Shown piece by piece: positions 38,747-50,057 of a stretch of 63,591 bases of DNA. The first letter of the stretch is position 1; every line of letters starts with the position of its first letter. The position numbers were made by a program, and so were the translations under genes. The notes beneath the pieces were generated by a model that was not told the DNA's origin, made no database searches, and was given only the letters and a program-made list of their open reading frames with translations. The DNA comes from an uncultured Planctomycetia bacterium (lineage in GTDB: Bacteria > Planctomycetota > UBA8108), in assembly GCA_964392615.1 (NCBI GenBank), contig CAYMRB010000004.1, forward strand, positions 1 through 63,591, read 5' to 3'.

Positions 38747-38884
38747 GCGAACGTGGCGAACCCTCACGCGGGAGGAAGGTTCTCATGTCCGAGGATGAGT
38801 CGCCGGAAGTCGCGGACGAGGCGTTCTTCGAATCGCTTGTCGCAGAGACCCTCGCAAGGGAGGGGCCTGTCGACGACACGATAT

Positions 38885-40534
38885 TCACGCATGCCTTCGT
38901 TCCCGCTCCCGGAATACCCGCAGCCGCACTTTCAACAGGCTGACGGCGACGGCGACGCCCAGGAACGCCACGCCCCAGAGCGCGGCCGCCAGACCTCGCG
39001 GCCAGTCGAGGCGCCACAGCCATGCGATGAAGTACGCGGCGGCGCCGACGATCGACCAGGCCGAGCCGATGAAGCACGCGGCCATCGCGAGGACGTCCTC
39101 GCGCTTCCACGCCGCGAGGCCGAGCGCCGTCAGCGCCGCGACGATCCACAGGGCGTCGATCCAGATCGGCAGCGCCAGCAGCGTCGGCGGCAGCCAGGTC
39201 GACTGCTCGGCGACGAAGAGCGATCCGAGCGCGATCGTCACGGCGCTCAGTCGCAGCAGCCACGTCGCGAATGCTCCGCTGCCGAACGCGCCGACCGCCA
39301 GCGCCGTGGCGCCGACGATGTGAAGCGGCACGACGCCGCCCGCCACGAGGAACGGCGTGCCCGCGAGCGCGACGGAAGCGGCCAGCGTCGCACCGGTCAC
39401 TCCGAGGAACACGCGTGCCGAGCTGCGCAGGCGAGTCGCGGCGACGAGCTCGATCAGCGCGGCGAGGCCGATCGGTAGCCAGGCAAGCTCGTGAATCGAC
39501 CGAATGCCGAATCCGCTGTCGCCAGCGAACACGAACGCGATCAGGCATGCGATCACGCCGAGCTCGGCACGTCCCTCCCGACGCCACCACGCCCACGCAT
39601 AGAATAGCGTCGCGGCCGCGAGCGCGAGGTGGAGTGGCGATCCCGCCGCATCGACGAGCCGAGCGAGGAACCGGGACTGCTCGACGCCGAGCTCGGTCGG
39701 CGACAGAAACAAGAGCGGCACTCCGACGGGGACGAGGAGCGCGACGAGGCGGACGCCCGAACGCGCTGCGACGATTCCCGCCTCGAAGAGCAGCACGGAC
39801 GCGACGAGCACGAGCGGCGTCAGGAACCACGGCGAGAACACGCTTTCGGCGCCGGGGCCGGGCACGAACGAGATCGTCGCGTAGTACGAGCGGCCGCACA
39901 CGCCGAGCAGGAAGAACAGGAAGATCGTCCACGGAAATAGAGGCCATGGCCACGGCGTGCCGTTGCGGGCGACGTACTCCCGTCCTTGCCGCACGGCGGG
40001 CAGCAGGCCGAGAAAGGCGAGCGCCGCTACCGCCGGAAACGCGAGCGCGACCCACGGCAGAGCGTCCTGCCACGGACCGTGCAGGAGAGAGGCCAGTACG
40101 TTGGGGTAGACGAAGAACAGCGCGAGCAGCGCGTGGTACGGGATGCGGAACCCCGCGGCCAGCCGGATGCCGAGCCCGCGCAGGAGCCCTTCGGACAGGA
40201 GTGCAGAGAATAACCAGCCCCCGGCGAGGAGGGCCGCTCCGGAGGCGCGGTCGAGGATCACCCGCTCATCGAAGATGACGGACAAGGCGATGAACAGGAG
40301 GATGATGACCAGCAAGATCGTGCGCGCGTCATCCCAGACGCGGCCCTTGCGGATGATCCAGACCGCCGTGCCGGCGAGAAGCACCGCGTAGAGCGCGATC
40401 AACGCGAGGAGCGCCCACGCATCGTCCGGCTCCCGGGTGCGATCGAACAGAGTCGAAAGCCCGTGCAGCACCAGCGCCGCGCTGACGACGTAGAACGGGT
40501 TGCCGACCCAGATGAAACGCAGAAGTGATCGCAT
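38885..40534 (-). CDS. Polytopic membrane protein of unknown function
   Basis: Many TM helices; NPFYVVSA start; GAGGAGG RBS. Confidence 0.8.
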   Translation of the reverse strand: MRSLLRFIWVGNPFYVVSAALVLHGLSTLFDRTREPDDAWALLALIALYAVLLAGTAVWIIRKGRVWDDARTILLVIILLFIALSVIFDERVILDRASGAALLAGGWLFSALLSEGLLRGLGIRLAAGFRIPYHALLALFFVYPNVLASLLHGPWQDALPWVALAFPAVAALAFLGLLPAVRQGREYVARNGTPWPWPLFPWTIFLFFLLGVCGRSYYATISFVPGPGAESVFSPWFLTPLVLVASVLLFEAGIVAARSGVRLVALLVPVGVPLLFLSPTELGVEQSRFLARLVDAAGSPLHLALAAATLFYAWAWWRREGRAELGVIACLIAFVFAGDSGFGIRSIHELAWLPIGLAALIELVAATRLRSSARVFLGVTGATLAASVALAGTPFLVAGGVVPLHIVGATALAVGAFGSGAFATWLLRLSAVTIALGSLFVAEQSTWLPPTLLALPIWIDALWIVAALTALGLAAWKREDVLAMAACFIGSAWSIVGAAAYFIAWLWRLDWPRGLAAALWGVAFLGVAVAVSLLKVRLRVFRERERRHA

Positions 40535-40750
40535 AGATCGACCCTCCTCGTTAGCGTGGGGTACGAGTCACACACTCTTCAGTTCAGAGCTCGATCGAGA
40601 GGCCCGAACGTCCTCCCGCGCGACAGGGGTGTCGCGGGAGAGGCTCGCGCCCTCGCGTCATCGGTCAAGACGTGGCACGGCGGCGAGCCGATGCGGAAAA
40701 AAAAACGTCCGCATCGCCCGTGAGGTCGCGCTTTCGATGCAGGCCTGTCC

Positions 40751-42445
40751 CTACATCCTTTCGAGCGGTTCGATCCCGAGGATCCGCAACCCGCTCGCGA
40801 GCACGTTCTTCACGACGGTGAAGAGCAGAAGGCGTGCCTTGGCGATCTCGTCGGCCTCGTCCTTGACGCGCAGGCTGCGGTAGCCGACATGCAGCGCACG
40901 CGCGAGCTCGAGGAGGTAGCCCGCCAGCACCGACGGCTCGTGTTGCCGCCCGGCCTCGGTCAGCATCTCGCCGTAGCGCGCGACAAGGCTGACGAGGTTG
41001 TGCGCCTCTTGCTCGACGAGGCACGACACGTCGGCCTGCGGATCGAGCTCGACGCCGCACTTGCGGAGGATACCGGCGATGCGGGCGTGCGCGTTGACGA
41101 GGTACGGCCCCGTGTCGCCCTCGAAGGAGATCGCGCGCTCCCACGAGAACTCGTAGTCCTTGATGCGCTGCTTGCCGAGGTCGCTGAAGAAGATCGCGGC
41201 CTTGCCGATCGCCTCGGCGACAGCCTCCTCGTCGTCGATCTCCGCGCGCTTGTCGACGTTCTCGCGCATATACGCGAGCGTGCGGCTTTTCGCTTCGTCG
41301 AGGAGTGCCTCGAGCGACACGACGTTGCCCTTGCGCGTCGACATGCCGAGCACGAGACCGAAGTTGACGTGGACGCAGTCCTGCGCCCAGTCGTAGCCCA
41401 TGAGCCCGAGGACCTTGAAGAGCTGCTGGAAGTGCAGCGACTGCGCCGACGCGACGACGTACAGCAGCTTGTCGAACGCGAACGTCTCCTTGCGGTAGAG
41501 CGCAGCCGCGACGTCACGCGTCATGTAGAGCGTCGCGCCGTCGGCCTTGCGCAGGAGCGCGGGCGTGTCGAAGCCGTGCTCGCGCAGATCGATGACCAGC
41601 GCGCCCTCCGACACCGACGTTAGCCCTTTCGCGTCACAGTCCTCGACGACGGCGTCCATCTTGTCGTTGAAGAACGACTCGCCCGTGTAGTGGTCGAACT
41701 GGACGCCGAGGCGATCGTAGACCTTCTTGTAGTAGTCGAGACTCGTGTCGCGGATGCCTTGCCAGAGGCGCATCGCCTCCTCGTCGCCGTCTTCCTGGCG
41801 ACGGAACCAATCGCGTGCCTCGTCGGTGAGCTCCGGGTGCTCGCGCTCTTCCTCGTGGTACTTGACGTACAGCTCGTTGAGCTTGTCGAGGCTATCGATG
41901 ACTTCGGGTCGTCCCCACTTCTGCAGCCCGACGATCTGCTTGCCGAACTGCGTGCCCCAATCGCCGAGGTGGTTGATGCCGACCGTCTCGTAGCCGAGCT
42001 TCTCGAACAGCCGGTACAGCGCCCCGCCGATGATCGTCGAACGCAGGTGGCCGACGTGGAATGGCTTCGCGATGTTCGGCGACGAGAAATCGATCGCGAT
42101 GGTCTTGCCGGCGCCCTCGTCCGAGGTGCCGACGTCGATGCCATGTCGGATGGCATCGTGCAAGATCGTCGCGGCGAACCGATCTCGCCGCACCGTGAAG
42201 TTGACGTACGGTCCCGCCGGCTCAGCGCTCTCGAGCAGCTCGAGGTCGTCCGCCACCTGCGCGGCGATGTCGCCGGCGATCTGCGGTGGGGCCTTCTTGA
42301 GCGTCTTCGCGAGCACGAAGCACGGAAACGCGAAATCGCCCATCTCCGGCTTCGGCGGTCGGACGATCGCTGCGTCGACCTGCTCGGGGTCGAGTCCGGT
42401 ATGGCGGCTCAGAAGCGCGACGGCTTCGGCGCGAAACGGGTTCAC
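40751..42445 (-). CDS. argS: Arginine--tRNA ligase
   Basis: DFSSPNIAKPFHVGHLRST, NHLGDWGTQFG, MSTRKG, C-terminal LERM. Confidence 0.98.
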   Translation of the reverse strand: MNPFRAEAVALLSRHTGLDPEQVDAAIVRPPKPEMGDFAFPCFVLAKTLKKAPPQIAGDIAAQVADDLELLESAEPAGPYVNFTVRRDRFAATILHDAIRHGIDVGTSDEGAGKTIAIDFSSPNIAKPFHVGHLRSTIIGGALYRLFEKLGYETVGINHLGDWGTQFGKQIVGLQKWGRPEVIDSLDKLNELYVKYHEEEREHPELTDEARDWFRRQEDGDEEAMRLWQGIRDTSLDYYKKVYDRLGVQFDHYTGESFFNDKMDAVVEDCDAKGLTSVSEGALVIDLREHGFDTPALLRKADGATLYMTRDVAAALYRKETFAFDKLLYVVASAQSLHFQQLFKVLGLMGYDWAQDCVHVNFGLVLGMSTRKGNVVSLEALLDEAKSRTLAYMRENVDKRAEIDDEEAVAEAIGKAAIFFSDLGKQRIKDYEFSWERAISFEGDTGPYLVNAHARIAGILRKCGVELDPQADVSCLVEQEAHNLVSLVARYGEMLTEAGRQHEPSVLAGYLLELARALHVGYRSLRVKDEADEIAKARLLLFTVVKNVLASGLRILGIEPLERM

Positions 42446-42491
42446 GGTACGTTGACTCCGCGGTGCGGCGAGATCGGCAATGGAGATCGGA

Positions 42492-43541
42492 TCAGAGGTT
42501 GTCGACTACGAGGTCGCCGACCTCGGACGTCGAGTAGCCCATGCGGCCGGCCGACATGCTGTCGAGCTTCTTGACGACCTTCTGCACCGACGCCTCGATC
42601 TCGTCGGCGGACTTGTCGTCGCCGGCGCTGTAGCGCAGGAGCATGGCGAGGCTGCAGATGGCTGCGAGCGGGTTGATCACGTCCTTGCCGGTGTACTTCG
42701 GCGCCGAGCCGCCGATCGGCTCGTACATGCTGACCCCGTCGGGGTTGATGTTGCCGCCTGCGGCGATGCCCATGCCGCCTTGGATCATCGCGCCGAGGTC
42801 CGTGATGATGTCGCCGAACATGTTCGGCGTGACGATCACGTCGTAGTACTCGGGGTTCTTGACCATCCACATGCAGCACGCGTCGACGTGGTTGTAGTCG
42901 ATCTCGATGTCCGAGTACTCCTTCGACATCTCCTGGAAGATGCGCCACCACAGATCGTGCGCGTACGTCAGCACGTTCGTCTTCGCGACGAGCGTCAGGT
43001 GCTTCCGCTGGTTGCGCTTGCGGGTGAGCTCGAACGCGTAGCGCAGGCAGCGCGTCACGCCGGCGTGCGTCGCGATCATGAGCTGCGTGGCCACCTCCAT
43101 GTCGGTGTCCTTGTGCGCGAAGCCGCCGGATCCGACGTAGAGGTCCTCGGTGTTCTCACGGACGACGACGAAGTCGATGTCGTCGGGGCCCTTGTCCTTC
43201 AGCGGACACTCGACGCCCTCGTAGAGCTTGACCGGACGCAGGTTGATGTACTGCTGCAGGCCGAAGCGCGTGTCGAGCAGGAGGCCCTTCTCGAGGATGC
43301 CGGGCGCGACGTCCGGGTGACCGATCGCGCCGAGGTAGATCGCGTCGTACTTGCGAAACTCGTCGAGCGCGCCTTCGGGGAGGATCTCGCCGGTCTTCAG
43401 ATAGCGTTCACCGCCGTAGTCGAAGTGCTGCGTCGAGTACTCGAATCCGTTCTTCTTGCTGACTGCCTCGAGGACCTTGAGGCCCTCGTCGACGACTTCC
43501 GGTCCCGTCCCGTCTCCGGGGAGAATCGCGAGCTTGAGCAC
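42492..43541 (-). CDS. leuB: 3-isopropylmalate dehydrogenase
   Basis: [42 protein letters not shown]; GTG start 43541 with GGAAAGG RBS. Confidence 0.88.
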   Translation of the reverse strand: MLKLAILPGDGTGPEVVDEGLKVLEAVSKKNGFEYSTQHFDYGGERYLKTGEILPEGALDEFRKYDAIYLGAIGHPDVAPGILEKGLLLDTRFGLQQYINLRPVKLYEGVECPLKDKGPDDIDFVVVRENTEDLYVGSGGFAHKDTDMEVATQLMIATHAGVTRCLRYAFELTRKRNQRKHLTLVAKTNVLTYAHDLWWRIFQEMSKEYSDIEIDYNHVDACCMWMVKNPEYYDVIVTPNMFGDIITDLGAMIQGGMGIAAGGNINPDGVSMYEPIGGSAPKYTGKDVINPLAAICSLAMLLRYSAGDDKSADEIEASVQKVVKKLDSMSAGRMGYSTSEVGDLVVDNL

Positions 43542-43957
43542 GAGCTTGCCTTTCCGATGGTTCCGCTGTGGACTCCGCTGCGCGCGGAGCGGGGGGCTTT
43601 CAAAACCCGGAATCCTACCAAATGGGTGCCGTGTTTTCAGTTGTCTGTTGAGCGAATCTGCGGATGTCGAGGGCGCGGGGGGATTTCGGTGGCCAGGGCT
43701 CCGGGCCGGGGCGTGTCCTGTGCCCATCAGACGGATCTCGCGCCGCGCCGTGCTCGTGGCCTGTATGGCCCTCACCGTCTCCGCCCCCGTGGGGATGCGA
43801 CGGCCTGCGCGTGCTTCTCGTCGACGACGGTATGGATTACACTCGGCCCGGTGGTGAGCCGAGCAACCGTCGGTCGCAGTTCGCTCCTCCGAGTGACGAC
43901 CGGTGATTTCCCTGACATCGCGCTCGGGAGCCCACCGACAACGACACCCTTAACGAC

Positions 43958-45202
43958 ATGGCCGACACGACACCGATGCCCGACGAGCGCGGGTTCTTCG
44001 GGCCCTACGGCGGACGCTACGTCCCCGAGATGCTGATCCCGGCGCTCGAGGAGCTCGAGACGGCGTACCTGAGGTGGAAGGACGATCCGGACTTTCAGCG
44101 CGAGCTCGACGAGCTCTATAGCGATTACTCGGGACGACCCACGCCACTCTATTTCGCGCGCAATCTGACCGCGCATCTCGGCGGCGCGAGGATCTACCTC
44201 AAACAGGAAGGGCTCGGCGCGACCGGCGCGCACAAGATCAACCACTGCCTCGGCCAGGCGATTCTCGCGGCGCGTATGGGCAAGAAGCGGTTGATCTGCG
44301 AGACCGGCGCCGGCCAGCACGGCCTCGCGACGTCGACGGTCGCCGCCCGCTTCGGCTTGCCGTGTGTCGTCTACATGGGCTCCGAGGACGTCCGCCGCCA
44401 GGCGACGAACGTGTTCTGGATGCGCCAGCTCGGCGCCGAGGTTCGTCCGGTCGAGGATGGCACGCGGACGCTCAAGGACGCGGTCAACGCGGCGTTGAAG
44501 GACTGGACCTGGAACGTCGAGGGCACGTACTACCTGCTCGGCTCGGCGCTCGGGCCGCATCCGTACCCGACGATCGTGCGCGACTTTCAGGCCATCATCG
44601 GCCGCGAAGTGCGCCAGCAGATCCTCGAGAAGGAGGGGCGCCTTCCGGACGCCCTCGTCGCGTGCGTCGGCGGCGGCTCGAACTCGCTCGGGCTGTTCGC
44701 CGATTTCCTCGACGACAAGTCGATCCGCATGGTCGGCGTCGAGGCCGGCGGCCGCAGCCTCGAGAAGGGCGAGCACGCCAGCCGCTTCGCCGGCGGTCGA
44801 ACGGGCGTCGTCGAGGGATACAAGTCGTACTTCCTGCAGACCGACGACGGTCAGGTGCAGAAGACCCACAGCGTCTCTGCCGGGCTCGACTACGCCGGTA
44901 TCGGCCCGCAGCATGCGCTCTTGCGCGACCTGGAACGTGTCGAGTACGTGCCGGCGTTCGACGAGGACGTTATTGCGGCGTTCCAGCTGCTCGCGCGCAC
45001 GGAGGGCATTCTCGCCGCGCTCGAGTCGTCGCACGCGCTCGCGTGGGTCGTCGCGAACGCGGGCTCGTTGCCGAAGGATCAGATCGTCGTCGTCAATCTC
45101 TCCGGTCGCGGCGACAAGGACATCTTCATCGTCGCCGATGCCGTGCGCGATCAGGCGTGGATGGACTACTGCAAGGAGTACGCGGAGGGGAGGATTCGAT
45201 GA
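43958..45202 (+). CDS. trpB: Tryptophan synthase beta chain
   Basis: [42 protein letters not shown]. Confidence 0.96.
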   Translation: MADTTPMPDERGFFGPYGGRYVPEMLIPALEELETAYLRWKDDPDFQRELDELYSDYSGRPTPLYFARNLTAHLGGARIYLKQEGLGATGAHKINHCLGQAILAARMGKKRLICETGAGQHGLATSTVAARFGLPCVVYMGSEDVRRQATNVFWMRQLGAEVRPVEDGTRTLKDAVNAALKDWTWNVEGTYYLLGSALGPHPYPTIVRDFQAIIGREVRQQILEKEGRLPDALVACVGGGSNSLGLFADFLDDKSIRMVGVEAGGRSLEKGEHASRFAGGRTGVVEGYKSYFLQTDDGQVQKTHSVSAGLDYAGIGPQHALLRDLERVEYVPAFDEDVIAAFQLLARTEGILAALESSHALAWVVANAGSLPKDQIVVVNLSGRGDKDIFIVADAVRDQAWMDYCKEYAEGRIR

Positions 45203-46050
45203 CCGCGGGCGACAGCGGATCCACGGATCGTATCGCGCGAGCGTTCGAACGCATCCGTGCGGACGGGCGAGTGGGGCTGATGACCCACATCGTCCTCGGC
45301 TACCCGACGCTCGACGCGTCGCGCGAGATCGTCGATCGCATGGTGGCCGCCGGCGTCGATCTGATCGAGATCCAGATCCCGTTCTCCGATCCGACCGCGG
45401 ACGGGCCGGTGATCACGCAGGCGTGTCAGACGGCGCTCGATGCGGGCATTCGCGTGGAGGACGCGTTTGCGTTTCTCGAGGACGTCTCGGCGCGTTACCC
45501 TGACACGCCGTTCCTGTTCATGAGCTACTTCAACATCGCGTTCGCATACCGCTGCGAGGTCAATGGCGGGCGCGGTGGCGAGGACGGCGTGCGCGGGTTC
45601 GTCGCGGCGACTGCCGCCGCGGGCGGTAGCGGCCTGATTCTGCCTGACGTGCCGCCCGACATGACCGACGACGGCTACCCGGAGGCTTGTGCCGACACCG
45701 GCATCCACCCGGTTTGGGTCGTATCGCCGAATGTCAGCGACGACCGTCTGCGCGTGGTCGGCGAGGTCGCTTCGGGGTTCCTCTACGCGACGTCGCGAAC
45801 CGGCACGACGGGCAAGGACGTCGACATCGAGACGAAGCGGCTGACGGGTTTCCTGGCGCGGGCGCGCGACATTTGCGGCGTACCGCTCGCGGTCGGGTTC
45901 AGCATCTCGAGTCCGGAGGACGTCGAAAGCCTGCGCGGCCATGCGGACGTCGCGGTCATCGGCACGCACCTGATTCGCGCGTACGAAGGGCTCGGTGCGG
46001 ACGGCGTCGAGCGCGAGGTCGCGCGACTGCGCGGAGATCGGGCGGAGTAG
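45199..46050 (+). CDS. trpA: Tryptophan synthase alpha chain
   Basis: [30 protein letters not shown]; ATGA overlap with trpB. Confidence 0.95.
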   Translation: MTAGDSGSTDRIARAFERIRADGRVGLMTHIVLGYPTLDASREIVDRMVAAGVDLIEIQIPFSDPTADGPVITQACQTALDAGIRVEDAFAFLEDVSARYPDTPFLFMSYFNIAFAYRCEVNGGRGGEDGVRGFVAATAAAGGSGLILPDVPPDMTDDGYPEACADTGIHPVWVVSPNVSDDRLRVVGEVASGFLYATSRTGTTGKDVDIETKRLTGFLARARDICGVPLAVGFSISSPEDVESLRGHADVAVIGTHLIRAYEGLGADGVEREVARLRGDRAE

Positions 46051-46075
46051 GCTCCTCGGCCGTTGACACGGGCTG

Positions 46076-47287
46076 CTAGGGCGACACGAGATCGAGATCC
46101 GGATCGAGATCCGGATCGAGATCCGGATCGAGGTCGCGCTCGTTCCTGCCATCCGGCTGTGCGCGCCACCAGCGCGTCCAGGCTCCGCGGCTCGATCCGG
46201 TGCGCAGGCCGGAGATTCTCTCGAGAGCCCTCGCGGCCGCTCGGCGGTGGTAGTCGTCGTCGAGCAGGTCGATCAGCACCGGAACCGCCGGTCGGTGACG
46301 CGCGTGGCCGAGCACGCGCGCGCAAGAGCTGCGAATCGCCGCCTCGTTGCCGCGATCCTTCAGCGCGTCGACGACGGCGTCGAGCGCTCCGTCTTCGTTG
46401 CCGATGCGACCCAGCGCACCGATGGCGGCGAGACGCACGGCACGGGACGCGTCGTTGCGGACGAGCTGCGTCAGGAGGAACACGTGCTCTTCCGTCGCGA
46501 TCAAGCCGAGCTGCACGACGAGAGCGGCACGCAGGCCGGGCGTCCGTGTGCTTTCCAGCCGCGCAAGCAGAAGGGCCGCGAGCTCGCGGTCCGCGCGTCC
46601 CGACGTATCCAATCGCTCGAGGGCGCGTCGCCCCAGTGCCGCCGTGTCGCGATCCGAGGACTCGCAGAGATCGATGATCTTGGCGACGACGCGGGGATTG
46701 CCGGATGCTCCGGCTGCCGCGATCAACGCAGGCTCGCGACGCATCCGCCCGATCGCGAAGAGGGCGTCGTCCGCGCTGTCATTCTCTCGAGCGACGAGCG
46801 CGTCGACGATGGATCGCGGACATGGGGCCCAGCTCTGCGCCAGGTGGCTCAGCAGCGCATCGACTCGTTCGTCCTGCGATGCGGTCGCGGTCGGAAGGAC
46901 GGCCGTGACGAACTCGAGGTCCCGGCTCGACTCGAGCGACCGAAGCACGTTGTCGAGGGCCGGCGGCTGTGTGTTCTTCAGACGTTCCGAGAGAGCTTCG
47001 ATGCGTTCGGTCAGCTCCTGCTGCGTCTTCTGCAGCGCCAGTACCGCGGGCGGGGCGCCGTGCTCGCTGGCCTGGTCCACGAGGCGCGTGGGCCACGCTT
47101 CATTCTGAGCGCGGTAGTTCTCGTGAAGCTCGTGGACGGCCGCGCGCAGCTCCTCGAGGACGGTCGCGACCGAGCTCTCGCCGTCGCCTTGCTGGCCGTC
47201 GGCGACCATCAGCCGTGTCGTGCCGAGGAGAAGGACGGCGACGCACGCGATCGCTCGGTAGATGGGCTGGGCTCGTCGCATGGGCAT
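46076..47287 (-). CDS. Secreted HEAT-repeat protein
   Basis: Signal peptide, coiled coil, VRLAAIGALGRIG and AVPVLIDLL repeats, WTRWW tail. Confidence 0.78.
   Translation of the reverse strand: MPMRRAQPIYRAIACVAVLLLGTTRLMVADGQQGDGESSVATVLEELRAAVHELHENYRAQNEAWPTRLVDQASEHGAPPAVLALQKTQQELTERIEALSERLKNTQPPALDNVLRSLESSRDLEFVTAVLPTATASQDERVDALLSHLAQSWAPCPRSIVDALVARENDSADDALFAIGRMRREPALIAAAGASGNPRVVAKIIDLCESSDRDTAALGRRALERLDTSGRADRELAALLLARLESTRTPGLRAALVVQLGLIATEEHVFLLTQLVRNDASRAVRLAAIGALGRIGNEDGALDAVVDALKDRGNEAAIRSSCARVLGHARHRPAVPVLIDLLDDDYHRRAAARALERISGLRTGSSRGAWTRWWRAQPDGRNERDLDPDLDPDLDPDLDLVSP
46090..46135. repeat. 12-bp tandem repeat (gatcgagatccg x3 plus partial) encoding DLDP repeats
   Basis: Direct inspection. 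Confidence 0.9.
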
Positions 47288-47290
47288 CGA

Positions 47291-48733
47291 TCAGATCTCC
47301 CGAGTCCCGACGAGCTCTCTTTTCACGTGCGGCATCTGGTCGCGCACGAGTCCTCCCGGCGCGAACAGGGCAGACGAGTAGAGGATGCGGAAGTCACTCT
47401 CGACCTTGAGGATGATCGTAGCGCTGTCGAGGCTGACCTCCCCGCCCGACTGCACGCTGTCCTCTCCGATGAGCGAGCCGACGATCGTCGCGTCGCCACC
47501 CGACTGCACGTGAATCGTCGGGGCCCAGCCGGCTACGATCACCAATCCGGTCCACTCGAACGCACCGCCGATGGTCAGGCCTGCCCTCGCGCGCGGTGTG
47601 TTGTTCGTGTCGGTGTTCGGGTCGTAGTCGTCGCGGATGACGAGGATGCCGGCACCGGTGAGGCTCTTGCCCGCTGGCACCGTCAGGTTGCCCGTCACGA
47701 ACGTGATCCGAGGGTCGCTCAGGTTGCCGTACTCACCGGAGTGAGATCCTTGGCCGAGTCGATTCGCCTTCGACGACGCGTGGTGGCGATTCCACAGGTC
47801 CCACGCGTATTCCTGCACGTCCGGCGCGTCGGAGATGACGGGATACGGGTGCGTATCGGATGTCGCATCGGAGATGTCAAAATACGTCGACGTCGGAGCC
47901 GGCGTCACCTCGCTGGTCGGATCGCTCGAACCCGCGGAGTACTCGAACCAAGCCTGCATGTTGAACTGCCCGATGTCGGTCTGTGACGCGCAGATCGGGA
48001 ACGGGTGCGGGTAACCGGCCGACGGGGCGGGGGTCCTCTCGTCGTCGTCGCCGCCGTGGTAGAGGTAGTCGAACGAGTGGTCGAGCGCACTGACTTGGAA
48101 CGGCACGTCCGTCGTTTGATACGACGCCGGCGATCTCTTGACGCGGACCCACGTCGAAGGGTCGGTCGCGTCGACGCTGGATGTCCAATCGAACCCGCCG
48201 AGCGGGCGCTCGAAGCCGCCGTTGCCGCAGTAGAGCGGGGTCTCCGGCAAGTAGACCGAGCTGCGGACCGCGAACTCGATGCCGCGCACGAGCCAATCCG
48301 TGCCGTCCCATGTCGAGTCGTCGGGTGCGACGTTCGACTTGCTCACGTGGCTTCCCACCGCGACGCGGCCCCAGGCCCGGATCGTGCCGACGCCGTCGGC
48401 CATCGAGACGTCGCCTTCGAAGTACATCTGGCCGCCGGCGAAGTCGACCCAGCCGGCCGTTCCATTCGTTTCTGATCTCGGCGCGAGTTCGCCGCCTTCC
48501 TTGATGCGCGTCAGAGCGATCGAGGCCGCGGATTCCGCGATCTGTCGCGCGACAAACGTCGCCTGATGCGTCGCGTTCGCGGAGCTCTGTGCGAGCACGG
48601 CGCTGACGCTGACGGCTGCGAGCGTCATCAGGCCGATGCTGAGCAGTAGCACGAGGATGGCCGCGGATCCTCGCTGACGGGCTCGCTGAACAACGCAGTT
48701 TGGCGCGGTGGCGATCATGGCTGGCGTCGTCAA
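47291..48733 (-). CDS. PilX/GspK-like large minor-pilin-type protein
   Basis: RQRG-SAAILVLLL class III signal; ARQIAESA motif; beta-rich C-terminus. Confidence 0.65.
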   Translation of the reverse strand: MTTPAMIATAPNCVVQRARQRGSAAILVLLLSIGLMTLAAVSVSAVLAQSSANATHQATFVARQIAESAASIALTRIKEGGELAPRSETNGTAGWVDFAGGQMYFEGDVSMADGVGTIRAWGRVAVGSHVSKSNVAPDDSTWDGTDWLVRGIEFAVRSSVYLPETPLYCGNGGFERPLGGFDWTSSVDATDPSTWVRVKRSPASYQTTDVPFQVSALDHSFDYLYHGGDDDERTPAPSAGYPHPFPICASQTDIGQFNMQAWFEYSAGSSDPTSEVTPAPTSTYFDISDATSDTHPYPVISDAPDVQEYAWDLWNRHHASSKANRLGQGSHSGEYGNLSDPRITFVTGNLTVPAGKSLTGAGILVIRDDYDPNTDTNNTPRARAGLTIGGAFEWTGLVIVAGWAPTIHVQSGGDATIVGSLIGEDSVQSGGEVSLDSATIILKVESDFRILYSSALFAPGGLVRDQMPHVKRELVGTREI

Positions 48734-49248
48734 TCGGTTGTCTTCCCAATCAGGCGATACAGCGAGACGGACCGCGTGTACTGGCCGGCGTCGAACTCGA
48801 CGACCAGCTCGAGCGGCACCAGCTTGAGGTCCGTCCCCTTCGATTGGTTGCCGAGGTCATCGTAGGCATCGCCGTCGAAGTTGAGGTCCTGCGGTCCTCC
48901 GAGCTCGTCGGGCACCTTCGACTCGTTCGGGAAGCACGTGACCGTGATCGTGCCGGAGGGCAACACAGGAACGTCGGTCGACTGCCCATCGAATTGGGCG
49001 AATACGCTGCCGATGCCGACCAGATTGGCCAGATCTTGCGGCTCGTTGGCGATCGACTGGATCTCCGCGACCTTGTCGCGCAGAACCGACGTGGCCACGA
49101 AGGAATCGAAGCTGCTCGCCTGCACCTGGCGCGATCGGAGGATCGCGGTGTGGGCCGTCAGACCGATGACGGTCAACAGCGTCAGCGCCATCGCGACTTC
49201 CAGCAGCGAGAAACCCGCTCGTCGATCACCGGCGCGAATCGTCCTCAT
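48730..49248 (-). CDS. Prepilin-type protein (PilV-like)
   Basis: RRAG-FSLLEVAMAL cleavage/methylation motif; ATG 49248. Confidence 0.85.
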   Translation of the reverse strand: MRTIRAGDRRAGFSLLEVAMALTLLTVIGLTAHTAILRSRQVQASSFDSFVATSVLRDKVAEIQSIANEPQDLANLVGIGSVFAQFDGQSTDVPVLPSGTITVTCFPNESKVPDELGGPQDLNFDGDAYDDLGNQSKGTDLKLVPLELVVEFDAGQYTRSVSLYRLIGKTTD

Positions 49249-49258
49249 CCCTGACACC

Positions 49259-49957
49259 TCATTCCCGGAGCGCGACCCGCTCGACCAGCAGGATGTCGTT
49301 CTCGAAGACGAACTGATCGTCGCTGTCTCGAGCATTGCATCGCAATGTGAACGTCAGCAGTCGTCCCGCTGGTGACGGCGTGGCGACGACGCTGAACATC
49401 TCGCCGGTTCGCGGCGCGAACCGGTCGGGAATCAGCAGCTCGACCACAGCCACGCCGTTGATCGTCTGCGTTCTCGTGTCGTCGTCGGCCGTGCCGAGGG
49501 TCTTGTCCTTCCCTTTGCCCCGATTCCACACGGCGCCCAGCGAGATCCCGCGTCCGATGACGAGGCCCGCGTTAGGGTATCGGCCCGGGTGTGGACCGTA
49601 GACGTACACGTGATCGCTCGAGAACGTGCGCGTGCCGGTCTCCGTGTCGAACGACTGCAGGAGCGCGAAGCGCAGGCAGTGGAAGTCCGTCTCGCTGCCC
49701 GGCTGCAGAAGGAGGTAGGCGGGATCGGACGTCAGCGCCTGGCTCGCGAGCCGCACGATGCGGTTGAGGGCGTCGCCGGCCCGGCGATGGATCACGCCGC
49801 GTATCTGCCCCTGCGTGACGGCATCCTGGGCGTTCGACATCGTCGAGACGGAGATGGACACGACGACTGTCAGGATCACCGTCGCGACGGCGACCTGCAG
49901 GAGCGTGAATCCACCGTTGAGCTGCCTCGGCCCGTTGCTCGACCCGATCGAGCGCAT
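49259..49957 (-). CDS. Prepilin-type protein (PilW/GspJ-like)
   Basis: NGG-FTLLQVAVA motif (Q at position +5). Confidence 0.75.
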   Translation of the reverse strand: MRSIGSSNGPRQLNGGFTLLQVAVATVILTVVVSISVSTMSNAQDAVTQGQIRGVIHRRAGDALNRIVRLASQALTSDPAYLLLQPGSETDFHCLRFALLQSFDTETGTRTFSSDHVYVYGPHPGRYPNAGLVIGRGISLGAVWNRGKGKDKTLGTADDDTRTQTINGVAVVELLIPDRFAPRTGEMFSVVATPSPAGRLLTFTLRCNARDSDDQFVFENDILLVERVALRE

Positions 49958-50057
49958 ATTCCCACCTTCGTGTGACTTTGGTCCTCTCTACTGACATCGG
50001 CCGCACGAGCGATGGGGGCGTACTGAAAACGGCGAAGGCGCAGGTCGACGCCGCCGA

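Noticed and set aside
40690-40717. Hairpin with A9 loop as argS terminator
   Set aside because: The homopolymer lies in the loop rather than after the stem; function unsupported.
43542-43957. trp or leu attenuator leader peptide
   Set aside because: No short ORF with tandem Trp or Leu codons plus a terminator was found.
44362-45198. N-terminal extension of TrpA
   Set aside because: Shadow frame over trpB; TrpA homology starts at 45199.
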